Positions 1-13,025 of a DNA stretch of 64,000 nt are shown piece after piece. The stretch covers positions 83,606 through 147,605 of the forward strand of contig QPMI01000109.1 in the NCBI GenBank assembly GCA_004431415.1. Reading direction: 5' to 3'. A program made the position numbers and the translations under genes. How positions within the stretch are numbered: the first letter of the stretch is position 1; every line of letters starts with the position of its first letter. The notes under the pieces are model-generated. The model did no database searches, had not been told where the DNA came from, and worked only from the letters and a program-made list of their open reading frames with translations. The stretch comes from Cyanophora paradoxa CCMP329 (Eukaryota; Plantae; Glaucophyta).

Positions 1-3000
1 TCGGGTGCGCGGTGGGCGGGGGGCGGCGGCACCCTGTTGTAGGAGTCGATGGTGACGTTGACGGGCTGGGAGGCGGGGAGGGGCGCCGCGGGCAGGCTGA
101 TGGCGAGCGAGAACATCTCGAGGGCGCCCTCCGTCGCCGCGTTCCCCCGCGCGTCGCCCCCGATCTGCACGCCGCGCGTGAACGCGATCAGAATCTACGA
201 CGCCGCTCGATAAGATGCCGGGCCCGCCTTGATCTTGTCGTTCACGATGAAGAAGAGGGCGGAGCAGTCGCCGGCGGTGATCATGCGGTCGTTGTTGTAG
301 CCCCAGTCGACGCGCCCCGTGGCGGGGTAGGCGGCCCGCAGCGCCGGCTCGACGTTGAAGCGCGCCCAGAGCTTGATGGGCGCCGTCGTGTCCGCCGAGT
401 CGTACACGTACTGCGCGGCGCGCGGGCGGTGAGAAGGCGGCGGAAGTTCCGGGTTTCTAGAGTCGCCTGCGCCGGCCGGGGCGCACGAGGTAGAGGTAGT
501 TGGAGTGGTCGCGGGCGTTGCGGGGCCAGGCCCAGACGGCCTCCTGCCCCGTCGTGAGGTAGCACGTCGTCGTGCTGAGGAGCACCTGGGCCCCCATCGG
601 CTGCGAGGCCGCTTGCCACTCGCCCGCGCCCGGCGCGAAGAAGGAGGTGCCCGGGAACTCCGTCCAGTCGCCGATCACGTTGAGCAGCCGCAGGTCCTCT
701 GCCGCGGCCGCTTCAGGAAAGAATACTCGGTGGAAGGACTCAAAGAGAGAGGGCGGACCGTTCCGGAGGGAGAGGGCAGTGATGGTCGCCCCTGCAGGGA
801 TCCCGTGAGCGGCCGAAGTCGAGAGCGGAACCAAAATATAGATCGTGAACTTGGGCCGGGGGCCCACCGGGGGTGACGGCGGCGTCGTACTTGGCCCAGG
901 CCTTGCTCGGCAGGTTCACGTAGAAGCTGGCGGCGGTCAACGTCAAGAGGCGCAGGAGCGATCGCCGGACCGAGCGCGAGCGGCGGCACCGATCGCGGGT
1001 GAAGGAGCGCGTGACCTCCCGCCCGTCGCTCACGAAGCTCGCCGTCCGCACGAACACGTTCCCTGCGCGGCGGGGTGCGGCGGGGCGGGGGCCTCACGGT
1101 CAGGAGAGGCAGCGAGCGGGGCCGGGCCGGGGCCGGGGCGGGGCGGGCGGGCCGTTGAAGTCGACGACGGCGTCGAGGAAGCCGTCGAGGTCGACCTCGA
1201 CCTCCTGCCCGCCCGCCGGCCCGCCGGCCGGGGTCGGGGCAAGCGGGGGTCTGGGGCGAGGAGCGGGCGGCGCGCGCGCACGGCCTCGCCGGTGGGGATG
1301 AAGCGCCGCGTCGGCGGCGACCGCACGCTCTCCTGCGCGGGCGAGGTCAGCCTGGGCCAGGCCTAGGGGCGCGGGCCCGGGTCGGCACCGCGTGGCCGGT
1401 GAAGAGGGAGTCGGCGGTGCGCTTGATGACGGGCTTGGAGAGGCGGTCGTTGGAGACGTCCCACACGTTCGCCGCGATCCGCACCTGCCGCCCGCCTCAT
1501 CGGTCACCCAATGCGGGCGCCGGAGCTCAAAGAGAGAGGGCGCCGCGCGCCATGACGACGTCGTTGTCTAGGTCCGTGGTCTCCCGCCACCTCAGGAGGA
1601 CGACGTTCGCCAGGTAGTTGTTGTTCTCCGAGAAGGCCGCCTGCACGCGCGCGGCCCCGGGCACTCAGTGCTGCTCCGACTTGATTCCCGGCGGCTTGGG
1701 AGCCAGGGATCGAGCGCGGCTCAGCTGCGCAGGGGCACCATGGGGAAGACAAGGGTATACTGCTGGCGCGACGACGAGGCGAGCTCGCGCAGGTTGATCG
1801 ACTCGTCCACCCCCGCCGTCGCCGCCGCCAGCACGTCCCGCCCAAAGCTCAGCGCCCCGCGCCGGGCGCCAGCGCCCCCGCCCTCCCCGCCCCGCAGCCG
1901 CCCCGCCCCCGCCGCCGTCGCCGTCGCCGCGGCCGCTCCCCCGCCGCCCCCGGGCCCGCTCGTGCCGCCGCCGCCGCCGGCGTCGAGGAGAGTGCGGCGG
2001 CGGGCAAGGGAGGCGGTTCCGCTGGGGACGGTGGTGCTGCCCTCGATGTAGGCGCCCTGCGTGTCGAAGACGAAGTCGCGGAGGGCGTTGTACGAGGAGA
2101 CGAGGTTCTGCGCGTTCGCCGTGAACTGCGTCGAGTTCGTCGCCAGCACGCCCAGCAGCACGGCCAGCTGCTTGTCCTCGTCGAAGGCCGCGCGCGCCGA
2201 GCCGACCGCCTGCCGCTGGTTCGACGAGCGCAGCGACTCCTGCAGCTCCTTGTACGCCCGCTCGATCTGCGCCTTCTGGGCGCTGATGAGGATGTTCTGC
2301 GCCTCGAGCTGCGTGTAGGCGATCGTGAGGTTCGTGTACGTCGCGTTCAGCTTCGCGTTCGACACGCTCAGGTCCGCCAGCGCCTGCGCGGGGCCGCCGC
2401 CGCGCCGTCAGGTCGCCCTCGCGCTCGCGCTCGGGCCGCGCCGGCGGAGGGGGCGGGCCTGCTTCGCGATCTTCTCCTGCTTCTGCGCCTCGTTCTTCGA
2501 GTTCGTCGCGTCGATGGCTGCGCGGTCGAGGGTCAGCTCGCTTTCCTCTCCGCACAGAGTCGCTTGGACGAAAGAGCGTTCGAACGGACCGGCAACAATC
2601 GCAGCGATGAGGGCTGAGAGCGAAGTCGCGATCAGCGAGCATCCGATCAGGCTTCCGAAGCTTGGACGCGCGGGGGCGGATGCGGACCGGCGATGATGGC
2701 GACGACGGCGATGGTGGAGACTGTGATCAGCACGGCCTTCGTGAACTGCGGCGGCGCGGGGGCGCAGGCAATCAGGGGCGCCGGGAGGCCCCCCGGGGCG
2801 GGGCGGGGCGGGGCGGGGCGGGGCGGGCCTTGGCGCGCTTGGCGCTGGCGTTGATGAAGCGCTCCTGCTCCTCCGTGATCCGCACCGCCCGCCGGTTCGC
2901 CTCCTTGACCTGCGCGCGCCCCCGGCCCGGCGCTCAGTCGAGAACTAGGCGGCGGCCGCGGGGCGGCGGGGCGGGGGGGGGCGGGCGCACGCGCTCGCGC

Positions 3001-4404
3001 CAGTCGAGGGCCTCGCGCAGGTCCTTCCCCGTCAGCAGCTTCGAGGAGGCCTTGCTCCTGCGCCCCCGTCCCCCCACGGCCGCCCGCGTCAGCCGCCGCC
3101 GCCGCCGCCCGAGGCTCGATGGCGTGCGCCGGCGGCGGTCGCGCGCACGAGCCGGACTCGACCCCTGCGAGCGCGGAGAGTCAAAGCCGGGCCGGCTGCG
3201 CGTGGGGGGCGCAGCTGGAAGGGGGGCACGCACATTCCTTGGAGCGGACGAGGAGGCGCGTGTGGAGGCGGATCAGGTCGAGGTCCATCTGCCCGCGCAG
3301 AGTCAGACGGGGCCGGGTCCGCGGTAGGGCGGCCGGGCTTGCTTTGGCGGCGTTGTCGATCTTCTGGATGCCGTCCTGGAAGCTGTCCGTGAAGCGCATG
3401 TAGATCCTGCCGGCCGCGGGCGCCGGGGGGTGAGGGTGGCGCCCGGGGCCGGCTCGGGCAGCGAGGGCCGCGGGGCGGAGCGGGGCGGGGCGGGGCGGGG
3501 CACCAGTTGATGGAGGAGAGGGCTTCGGGGACGGCGGGGGCGTCCTGGTGGAGCACGGGGATCAGCTTCTTGTTCGCCTTCACCGCCAGCTCCAGCTCCG
3601 CCTGGCACTCCCCCGACGCCACCCAGTCTGCCCCGCCCCGCCCCGCCCCGCGTTAACGTTGAGCGCGGGGGAGCGAGGGCGCGGGTGGGGCTGGGGGGCC
3701 CCGGCCCGTACCCGGGCTGAGGATGAAGAGGACATTGTTCGCGCCCTCGATGCCCGCCGCGATCTCCGACCGCCTTTGGGGGGGGGGGGGGGGGGGGGGT
3801 TAGGGTGCGAGGCGAGGCTCTGGAGGCTCCGCGCGCGGCAGCGCACCAGTCTGCGAGGGAGCTCGGCGGTCAGTAATTATAACGGATCGGGCAAGCCGGG
3901 CCCGGCGCGGGTCATCGATGTACGGTGGCGCACCGGAGCTGGGTGGGATGTTCGACCTGGGTTCGGAGGGGCGCGAGGGGTCAGGGAATGAAGGGGCGGG
4001 GGTGTCTGGAGGGATGGGTCGAGCGGACCAATCAACCTGCGCGGGGCGCCGCAAGGTGAGGCTGGGAGGAGCAACTTAGGGGGCAGGGCGGGAGCCGAAC
4101 CCAGATCTTGGAGCCGAGCCGCTCGAGCTCCTGGACGACGCGGATCGCGAAGTCCTTGTTCCGCCGCGAGTAGGAGACCATGCTGCGCGCCGCCGGCTCG
4201 GATCCGGCCGGGGGAATTCAAGCGGGACCGGCGGGGCCGCGCGCGCATGTCGTAGTGGTCGCGGATGCCGCGGCGGGCCTCGCCCTTGCGGCCGCCCGAG
4301 GCCGAGGGGTGCCCCTGCGGGTGGGGCAGCGGGCCCGGGTGCGGCTGCGGCTGTGGCTTGGAGGAGGTGTGCGCCACGTCGCCGCCCCCGAAGGGCCACA
4401 ACAT
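1..4404 (-). CDS. Multi-exon TIR-domain membrane protein (N-terminal TIR, TM segment, coiled coil, large C-terminal domain); 3' end beyond the left edge
   Basis: Spliced reading gives YDIMVSYSRRNKDFAIRVVQELERLGSKIW-VDWSNIPPSSDWRSEIAAGIEGANNVLFILSPDWVASGECQAELELAVKANKKLIPVL (TIR_2-type), then LLTGKDLREALDW, hydrophobic AVLITVSTIAVVAIIAG, and a coiled coil in ORF 1721-2365. Start codon uncertain. Confidence 0.75.
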
Positions 4405-5413
4405 CGATATCGATGACGGGTGCGGCTGCACGCCGATCCCGAGCCGCGATCAGGTCGCGAGCGAGGCCCCGGCGGAGGTGGGAGGCCTGGGAGAGGTCGG
4501 GCGGGCCGGGGAGGGCACCTCGACCGGCGACAGGACCGCTTCCTGCCGCCCCGCCATCGCGCCGACCGGCCCTGCGCCCGCCGGAGACCTGCGGCGGCCC
4601 ACGGCCCGTTAGAGGCTCGGACCGTCCTTCAGACATTGATCCGCCCGGCGGTTTGTCAAGCGTTCGAATTCGGAAAACGTAAGCTTCGCGCCCGATGTGC
4701 ATGCACAGGCCATGGCCACATGCATACGCAGCTAGCGCTCTGGCGCTGGAGCCGGCGACGGCCCGCAGCCGGCGATGTGCATGTGCCGGCGCTGGAGCCC
4801 GCGACGGCCCGCAGGCCTAGGGAGATGTAGGTGTAGTTGTACATGTTAGACGCAGAGTATGCGCACGTACGCGTATACGTACGCGACGTCTAGTAGAGAT
4901 GCGAACGGCCATGCCTAGTCCTATAGCTAGCATGACATGAAAAGCAGCGTGTCGCGCAATTGCAAGCTTAAAAAGCTTGAGACGGACACAGAGAAGGAAC
5001 GCACTTGCCGAAGGCGATCGGAAGAGCAGACAGCCTCGCTCTCGTTCCTGCGGGCGCCCGAGTCCCGAGCTCGAGTCTCCCGACTCTGCCCGCCGGTGGA
5101 GCGCTGAAGGGCGCGCGGCCGGCACGCCGGCTGCTGCTGATGCCCGTTGGATCGAGCTGCGCCAGCCGCGGCTAACGCGAGATACGCGGTAGAGAGCCTC
5201 GAGGCCCTCGACTCTAACTCCCTCGAGCTCCGCGACATGAGCTATCGATCTGCAACAACAACGTACCCGGCAAACGGGGAATTTCGAAGATTTCCGGAAG
5301 ACTACGGCCGGGTATACGTGATTTCGAAGCAATTCGAAGCAACTCTACGCTGCACGGTGCCTGCACCCCAAGCATCCATAGCTAGACAGCGCGGTGAGGC
5401 AACATCCGTTTCA

Positions 5414-7784
5414 ATGGGGTGAGCTCTCTAGATCCGGAACCTTCCAGCGCGCCCGTATGAACCCACAACGCAGGAACTGCTGCTGCTGCGCCACCGTCGC
5501 GGTGAGTGAGTGACGTGCATTCTAGCACATTCTAGGCGCCCGCGGGCCTCCCCGGGTCCGGAAGGGAAAACTCCGGCCCAGCAGCGCGTGCTGTGGCCGC
5601 CTGCTCTAAGAACTAGCTCCCGCTTGGCGACACCGGAATTCCTCCGCTGATCCGCCATGCACGTCCATTCCTCGGCGCTCGAAGCCCGCTCGGTCCCGCC
5701 CGCAGCCGCTTCGTTCCCGGCCAAGCTAGGCGGTGCTAGCTTTGCAAAAGTCTCAGAGATTTTTCCGGAAGCTAGCCTCAGGACAGCTGCCGTCCCGCTC
5801 AGCGCAGCCGGGCAGCTGCGCGACGCCACACTTTGATGTCGAGGACGGGCCGGTTTTCTCAGCTGTGCTGACGGGCGGGCGGCGCAGACGGCGCAGGAGG
5901 GCGTGATCGAGCGCTTCAGCAAGTATGACCGCCTCGCGCATCCCGGCCTCGTCTGGATCAACTGTTGCTGCTGCGAGACGGTGCGCCCCCGCGCCGGCAG
6001 CGGCCCGGCCGCGGCGCGGGCGCGGCTGACACCTGGGCGGGGGCAGCTGCACGTGCTGGACCTGAAGGTGCGGCAGCTGGAGGTGAAGGTGGAGACGAAG
6101 ACGAAGGACAACGTCTTCGTGAACATGAAGATTGTTGTCCAGTTCAAGGTCTCCGACACCTACAAGGTGCGCGAGACCCCGGGGGGGAGGACGTGGCGGA
6201 GGTGGCGGGCCCTGAGCGGCGCCCCGCGCAGGCCTTCTACACGCTGGCCCAGCCGGACGACCAGGCGCGGCGCCCCCGCGCGCTCCCCCCTAGGCGTCAC
6301 CCTCACGTGATTCTTTGCTCAGATCCGCGCCCACGTCTGCGACGTCGTCCGCGGGCAGGTCCCCAAGACCACGCTGGACGGTGAGGCACTCCTCCGCACC
6401 TCTCCCCCGCGGGCGCCCGACGCCGGCCGGCGCAGGCGTCTTCGAGGTCAAGGACGAGATCGCGCGGGAGGTCAAGGAGGCACTCGCGAAGGTGCCGTAC
6501 CCCCCTCCCCGCGCTATCGCGGCCCGCCCTGACAGATGGGTGCTCCGGCAGGTCATGTCCGAGGCGGGGTACATGATCCTGACCGTGCTCGTGATCGACA
6601 TCGGTGGGCGGGGCCCCGGGGGCGTGCCTGCCGCCGGCCCCCCGCGCTGCTCACGCCGGGCCCGCCCCGGCCGACCCCAGACCCCGACCCCGAGGTCAAG
6701 CGCTCCATGAACGCGATCAGTGCGCTCCCTTATCTGGCGTTCGGGCTCGGAAGGCCTGATCCGCCGGGGGGGTGCGCAGACGCGAACCAGCGGCTCCGCA
6801 TCGCGGCGGTGGAGAAGGGGGAGGCGGACAAGGCCCGCTCCCGCCGCCGCCGTTCCCCGCCGCACCCCCGGCCCGGGCGTGACGCCGCGCCGCAGATCCT
6901 GCAGGTCAAGTCCGCGGAGGCGGAGGCGGAGCGCAAGTACCTCGAGGGCGCCGGCGTCGCCCGCCAGCGCAAGGCCATCATGGACGGCCTCCGCGAGTCC
7001 GTCGCCGTGCGCCCCGCACCCCCCGGCGCCCCGCTCCCCGCGCGCCGGCGCCTGAACTGCAGGCAGGCCTTCACGGACTCGATCCCGGGGGCGGACGCCA
7101 AGGCGGTCCTCGATATGATGGTTATTTTCCAGCACTTCGTGCGCGGCCCGTGCCCCCGCCCCGCCTGCACGCCTGTACCCGGCTTCCGCTGACCGCCCGC
7201 CGCACGCAGGACATGATGCGGGAGATGTGAGCGCCGGCCCGGCGCCCCTGGGCCGCCGCGCCGCTTCCCCCGCAGCTGACCGCCCCGCCCTCGCGCAGCG
7301 GCATCCACGGCAAGAGCTCCGCCGTCTTCGGTACCCCCCCCCCCCCCCCCCCCCCCAACTCTCCCCCTGCGGCCGGGGGCGGCTCTGAGGAGGCGGGCAG
7401 TGCCGTACGGGCCGGGGGCGGTGCACAGCATGGCGGACCAGATCCGCCAGGTTGGCAGCGGCCGCCGCCCCGCGCGGCAGAGCGCCTCGGTCCCTGCTGA
7501 GGCGCGGGGCGCAGGGGATCCTGGAGGGCAACTTCGGCAACGCGGCCGTCATGCGCGGCCCCGGCGGCCAGGCGAGAGCCGCCCCCGCCCCGCCCCGGCG
7601 AGGCGCGGCGGGGCGCGCTGACGGGCGGGGCGGGGCGGACAGGCGATGGGGGGCGGCTCGGCGCACGCAGGGCACGGGGGCCAAGGGGGGAACCCCTTCC
7701 ACGGGACGGCGAGCATGTCCGGCGCCATCCTCCCCGGCCAGGCCATGTGAGCGCCGAGCGCCAGCCTGCCCACCGGATCTCTAG
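5414..7784 (+). CDS. HIR: SPFH/band-7 protein, hypersensitive-induced reaction (HIR) type
   Basis: Spliced MGNCCCCATVA-TAQEGVIERFSKY...VETKTKDNVFV...[68 protein letters not shown]. N-terminal Gly and Cys cluster fit lipidation. 3' end approximate. Confidence 0.9.
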
Positions 7785-8431
7785 TCGCGTAGGACGCCGG
7801 CGCCCGGCGTGCAGTATACAGCCAGCTAGCCGTAGGCGCGGCCGCGATAGGGCACGGCCGACGAGACAGTTTAACATTCGTATTCGTATACTAGTACTAT
7901 GACTATCGATATCGAATTCGCGCGATCGAACGTACTACGCTGTTTAAAGCCGCCCGGCAAAGAAGGCCCGGAGCAGCTGCAGGGCCAGATCGAATATAGA
8001 TCTAGATATCGATTAATGCAGGTTTAATGCAGATAGACATGCGCACATGTATACGTACGTATATACATTTGATCGGCCAGCGCTGGCATGCATATGCACG
8101 TGGAATAGCGGCAGATATCATGATCATAGTATCGATAAATGCGAACATCGTTCTCGAGTTCACGGTTCGTTCAACGAAAGATAGACCGTCGGACTGAATA
8201 TCAATGAGAAAGCGATGCCACAATGTGATAGAAGAAAATATAGTACGCTGCGGCCTACACACTATCTCTGGATCTGTACTGGATCGAACCTACAGCTAAC
8301 ATAATCTAAAATAGACCTACGCTGCCGTCAATAGATCTTTTCATCCACTTCCGTCCAGGCGGATGGGACTAGGAAAGAAGAAAGGGGCGGGATGGAAAGG
8401 CGACGGGGGCGCCGGCCATCGGGGCGCCCCC

Positions 8432-10289
8432 TCAGCGCCCCCCGGAGGCGGCGGGGGCGGAGCCGCCTTCTCCCGCCTCGCTCGCTCTCCTCCACATCCG
8501 CTCCAGCTGCGGGGAGTTAGGCCGGCGCGGCCAAGTCGCCGGCTCGCGCCAAAGGCGCACCTGATCGATGAGCGACACCGTCACCGCCGCCTGCGGGGGG
8601 CACGCGTCAGCGGGGCGGCGGCACGAGCACACGCGGGGGCCGCGTGCGCCTGGATCATGTACTGGCACATGCGGACGCGCCAGCCGGTGTAGAGCACGCC
8701 GACGCCGTTGGTGCGCGCCGCCTGAGGGGGCCCCGGGCTCGGCGAGGCGAGGGGCGGGGCGCGGGAGGCGGTGCGGCCCGGAGGGACCTCGCGGATGGCG
8801 CCGAAGACGGAGCGGACTTCGAGGGGCGCGTCGCAGCGCTGCGCCGCCGTCTTCACGAAGTCGAACGGCATCGTCGCCGCCGTGTTCACCAGCCTGCCCC
8901 GCCCCGCTCGAGGGGAGGGGGAGGGGAGACGCGGGGCGAAGCGGGCGGACCCGACGACGGCCCCGCAGGCGAGCAGGGAGGGCGGCGAAAGCTCCCCGTC
9001 CGGCCCCGAGGGCCTGCGGGGGTCCCGGCGGTCAGGAAAGGCCCCGCGCGGGACGGGCACCCCCGGCTGGGGGGCGCACAGGACGGCTCGGGACCACTTC
9101 TTGACGCGGTCCTCGGCGACCAGGTACGAGATCCACGAGGCCTGCGGGGGGTACGCGGTTCAGCGAGGCGCCGCGGGGGGTACGTGGGTTGGGGGGGGGG
9201 GAGCGGGCGGGCCAGCTGGCGGGCGTGCACGACGTTGACCCCGCGGAAGAGCTCCTGCGGAGGCCGGGCGTCAGGCGGGGTTGAAGAGGGGCGCGGGGGC
9301 GGGCGGGGGCACCGTGACGGCGTGGCCGCGCTTGCTGTGGAACTCGAAGAAGCGCAGGACGGGGTGCGAGCCGCCGTTCCCCGTCATCACGAACACCTGG
9401 GGAGGGGGGGGGGGAATGAGGTCTCGGGGGGTAGCGGGCTCGGGGTGGAGGGGGCGGGGCGCGACGAACCTTGAGGCGCTCGAGGGGGGTGATGAAGAAG
9501 GCCTCGAAGCTCGCCAGCGCGATCCCCGTCGCGATCTGGCGGGGGGTACACCAGTCAGGACCGGGGGGAGGCGGAGGAGGGGGGTACGCGTGCCTTCTCG
9601 AAGGAGAAGGCGCGGAGGCTCTCGGGCATGAACTGCGGGGGAAGCGGCGGGATTACGGGACGGGGAGCGGCGAGGCGGGGGGAAGGACCTTCGAGACGAG
9701 CGTGGGGAGGGCGATCATGACGGGGTACCGGTACGCCTGCTTGCTGATCACGCGCGTCGCGTTCGGGACGAAGCCTGCGGGGCGGGTTCGGGCCCGCGCC
9801 GGGCGGACTGGGCTCGGGGGCGCGGGACGGGGCGGGCCCTTGTAGAAGCCCATGATGCCCTCGTCGCGGACGATCTTGCGGGCGATGGCGACCGCCGTGG
9901 GCGCAGTCGCCACGCCCCGCGCGTACTCGGCCAGGTGCCCCGACACGAACGCCTGGTGCTGCGCGCCGCGTGAGCGCCCCGGCGCATGCGCGGCCGAGCG
10001 CTTGGCGCCGGCTGGCGGGTGCACCTTGGTCTTTATGCAGTCCCACGGATGCTGCGCGGCGGGTGAGCGCCCCCTCGCCCGCGCGCGCGCTCGGGCGCCG
10101 GGGGCGCACCTCTATGATGAGGCCAAGCACCCCCCGCATGCTGCCCAGCATCGCCGCCTGCATCAGCACGCTCTTCTGCGCACGCGGTCCCGCCCTGCGT
10201 GAGTCGCCGCCGGCGCCGCCGCCGCGCTCCGGCGGCGAGCTCCCCGGGCGCCGCACCTTCTCCGCCCCAGGATCCACCGCCGCGCTCAT
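8432..10289 (-). CDS. Mitochondrial carrier family (SLC25) protein
   Basis: Three Px[DE]xx[KR] signatures across exons (PWDCIK, PLERLK, PFDFVK) plus EGIMGFYKG and GVLYTGW motifs. Confidence 0.9.
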
Positions 10290-11182
10290 GCTGCCGCCGC
10301 CTGGAAACGACAGCTGTCCGTATGCTCGGGCAAGTCCCGTCCGAAGGAACGCGATGCCTGCCCTAGGCTGCTGCCGCCGCGACCGCTTCGGGCCGTCTCG
10401 CCGCCGCGCGGACGAGGCGGCCGCTCTTTGTTGTGAGCGGCCAGGCGCGACAAAAGCTAGTCGCCTGCTCGAGGCGAAGCCGGCGAGGGGTTTTCGCGAC
10501 TGCTCCTCGCCCTGCGCGCCGCCGGTCACAATGGCGGCCTGGGCGCCCGGCGTGGAGGCCAGCTCGGCATACTTGCCCTCACCTCGAAAATGCGCATTAG
10601 TCGGCGCGGGCGCGGCGCCTCCAACCCCGCCGATCTGTCCGTAATTGCGTACCCAGGCGAGTGTGAGCGCCGAGCGGCGCGGCGCACTGAGCGCCGCACT
10701 AGTACTGCAGCTCAGCGGTTGTATGAGCGGCTGAGCGGGACCAGATCTAGATTATGCCTGCGCATGCCGCACTGAGCGGGCGACGAGTCCCTTCGGCGGC
10801 TTGCAGTCCCTTCTCTAACCTGCGATCGCTGTACATGTGGGCGCATGCGCAGCGCGCACGTGCACGTGCACGCGTACGTGGCCATGGCGGCGCGCTCGCT
10901 TCGGCCGCGTATACGTACGACGTAGTGATCGTATAAATTAAATTATTTATATAATTTTTCCTCTCCCCCGCGAGCTTTTCATTGCCCTTCTGCTCTAAGA
11001 ATTCGATTGATCTATAGCTAACATCTCTGTGATAGCTTCCTTCAGCTTGTACTTTCCACGAGCCACTACAGCTTCTTGAGCTTACAGCTAAGCTTGAGCC
11101 TACAGCTATCGTTTCGAGGGGTGAAGGGCGGTCTTCGACTTGACTAGACCCTCGCCGAGGGGCGGCGGCTGGAGCTCGGGGG

Positions 11183-13025
11183 CTAGCCGACGACGATCCT
11201 GCGGTACATGCGGGCGATGCACTTCTGGACGGCCCCGAAGAGGCGCTCCCCCGCCGGAGCCAGGCGCCGCAGCGCCTCCGTCTCCCCCATCACCTGCTCC
11301 GCCCTCCCTAGTCGGACGAAGCCGGGGCGGGGCGGGGGCGGGGCGGGGCGGACGCGGGCGACGGCGGCGAGGAAGGCGGCGACGTCCTCCTCGGAGAGGT
11401 CCAGCCGCTTGCACGGCTCCCCCACCTGCCCCCCCTCAGCCGCCGCCGCGCGGGGGCCAGGGGCGAGGCGGCGGGCGGGCGGGCGGCGCCTTGTCGGCGA
11501 GGTCGACGAAAAAGTTGCGGTGGGCCTTGGCCCGCGAGACGTCCGCCCCCAGCGCCAGCACCCCCTTCACCAGCGCCCCGAACTGCACGCCGGGGCGCGA
11601 GCCGGCCCCGCGTCGGGCCGCCGCCGGCGTGGCCGCTGGGCTCGAGCCGCGCACCTTCTTGTCGATCTTGGCGAGGCGGTCGGGGGCCACGGTGCCTGCG
11701 CGGGGCTCGACGGGGCGGGGCGCGGGGGCGGGGCGGGGGCGGGGTGCGGGGCCGGGGCGCGCCCAGAGCCTGCAGGGTGCCGACGGTGGCGGGCCGGAGG
11801 ACGCCCTCCAGGAGCCGCGCGTCGCCCCCGAGCACGCCCTTCAGGTCGATCACCCCCGCCAAGAACGCCGGGTCGAACCCCAGCCCCCCCGCCGTCCACT
11901 GCCCCCCCCCGTGAGCCGGCGAGCGAGTTAGGCGGGAGCTGGGGGTACGGGGCTCGCCTGCGCCATCAGGGTACCCGCCATGCTGTCCAGGTCGCTGTAC
12001 GACAGGAACGAGACCTGCAGGGGTACCGCGCGTTCGCAGGGGGGCGCGATCTGTGGAGGGGTACGTAGCACGCGCCCTGTACGCCTTCTTTTTCGTCGTG
12101 TGGTAGCGGTGGTGGCTGAGGAAGATCGCATGCGCGTACTTGCTGCGCGGTACTCCGTCGGAATTAGCTCGTGGGGGAAAGTGGGGAGGGGGGGGGGGGG
12201 GGGGGGGGGTCGCAGGGCGTGATCATGGGTATGGGCACCTGGCGAGGTCCCGGGAGAGGCAGAAGTCGCGCTCTATGACGTCCAGGGGCGTGCTCTGCGG
12301 ACGGCTCGGGGGGTACTCCACGAAGCGGGAGGGGTACGCCGCACGCTGGCGTCTTTGATGTCCTTCACGTGCTTCATGACGCGCTTCATGTTCTCGAACT
12401 GCGGCGGTGTGAGGCGCCGGCATGCAGGCGAGGGGCGCGGCGGGAAGGCGTGCGCGCCTGCCGCTTGCACGAGTCGATGTGTATGCGCGCCTTGGTGGAG
12501 ATGTTGTCCAGCTCCTTCCGCAGCTTGCTGCAGGGCGCGGGCGGGTTGGAACCGGGGGAGGCGGAGCGGGCGCCCGGCGGCGGCGCGCCTGCCGAGCTTC
12601 TTGCCGAGGAACTCGCGGACGACGCTCTCGTCGAACTCGTAGTAGCGCTCGATGATCGTCTGCTGCACGGGCTCGGCGAGCGTGATGACGCGCTGGTCCG
12701 CGAGCAGCTGCGGGTGCGTGAGGAACTCCTCCAGGATGCGGAAGACGTGGAATTGGTCCCGCGTCTCTTGCGCGAACATCCGATCGAGCGCCGCGCTGTC
12801 CCCGAACTGAGTAATCGACGGGTCCTCCACCAGCGCCGCGCGGAGGCGACTGACAGCTGCCTCCTCCACTGCACGTACGCGGCACGCGTGTCATAGGCGC
12901 GCCCAGGCGATCTCGCCTGGCAGAACAGCGCACGCACCGCTGCGTCCCTCAAGCCAGAGCCGGAAGGCGACGGGGTCGAGGAGCGGCGGGTCGCACGCGA
13001 TGAGGCTGAAGGACTCTTCCATCAT
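11183..13025 (-). CDS. FIBP: Acidic FGF intracellular-binding protein homologue
   Basis: Exons AFRLWLEG, IIERYYEFDESVVREFLGKKL, RKELDNIS...SCKRQFENMKRV and FFVDLADKVGEPC match the FIBP family pattern. Confidence 0.85.
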
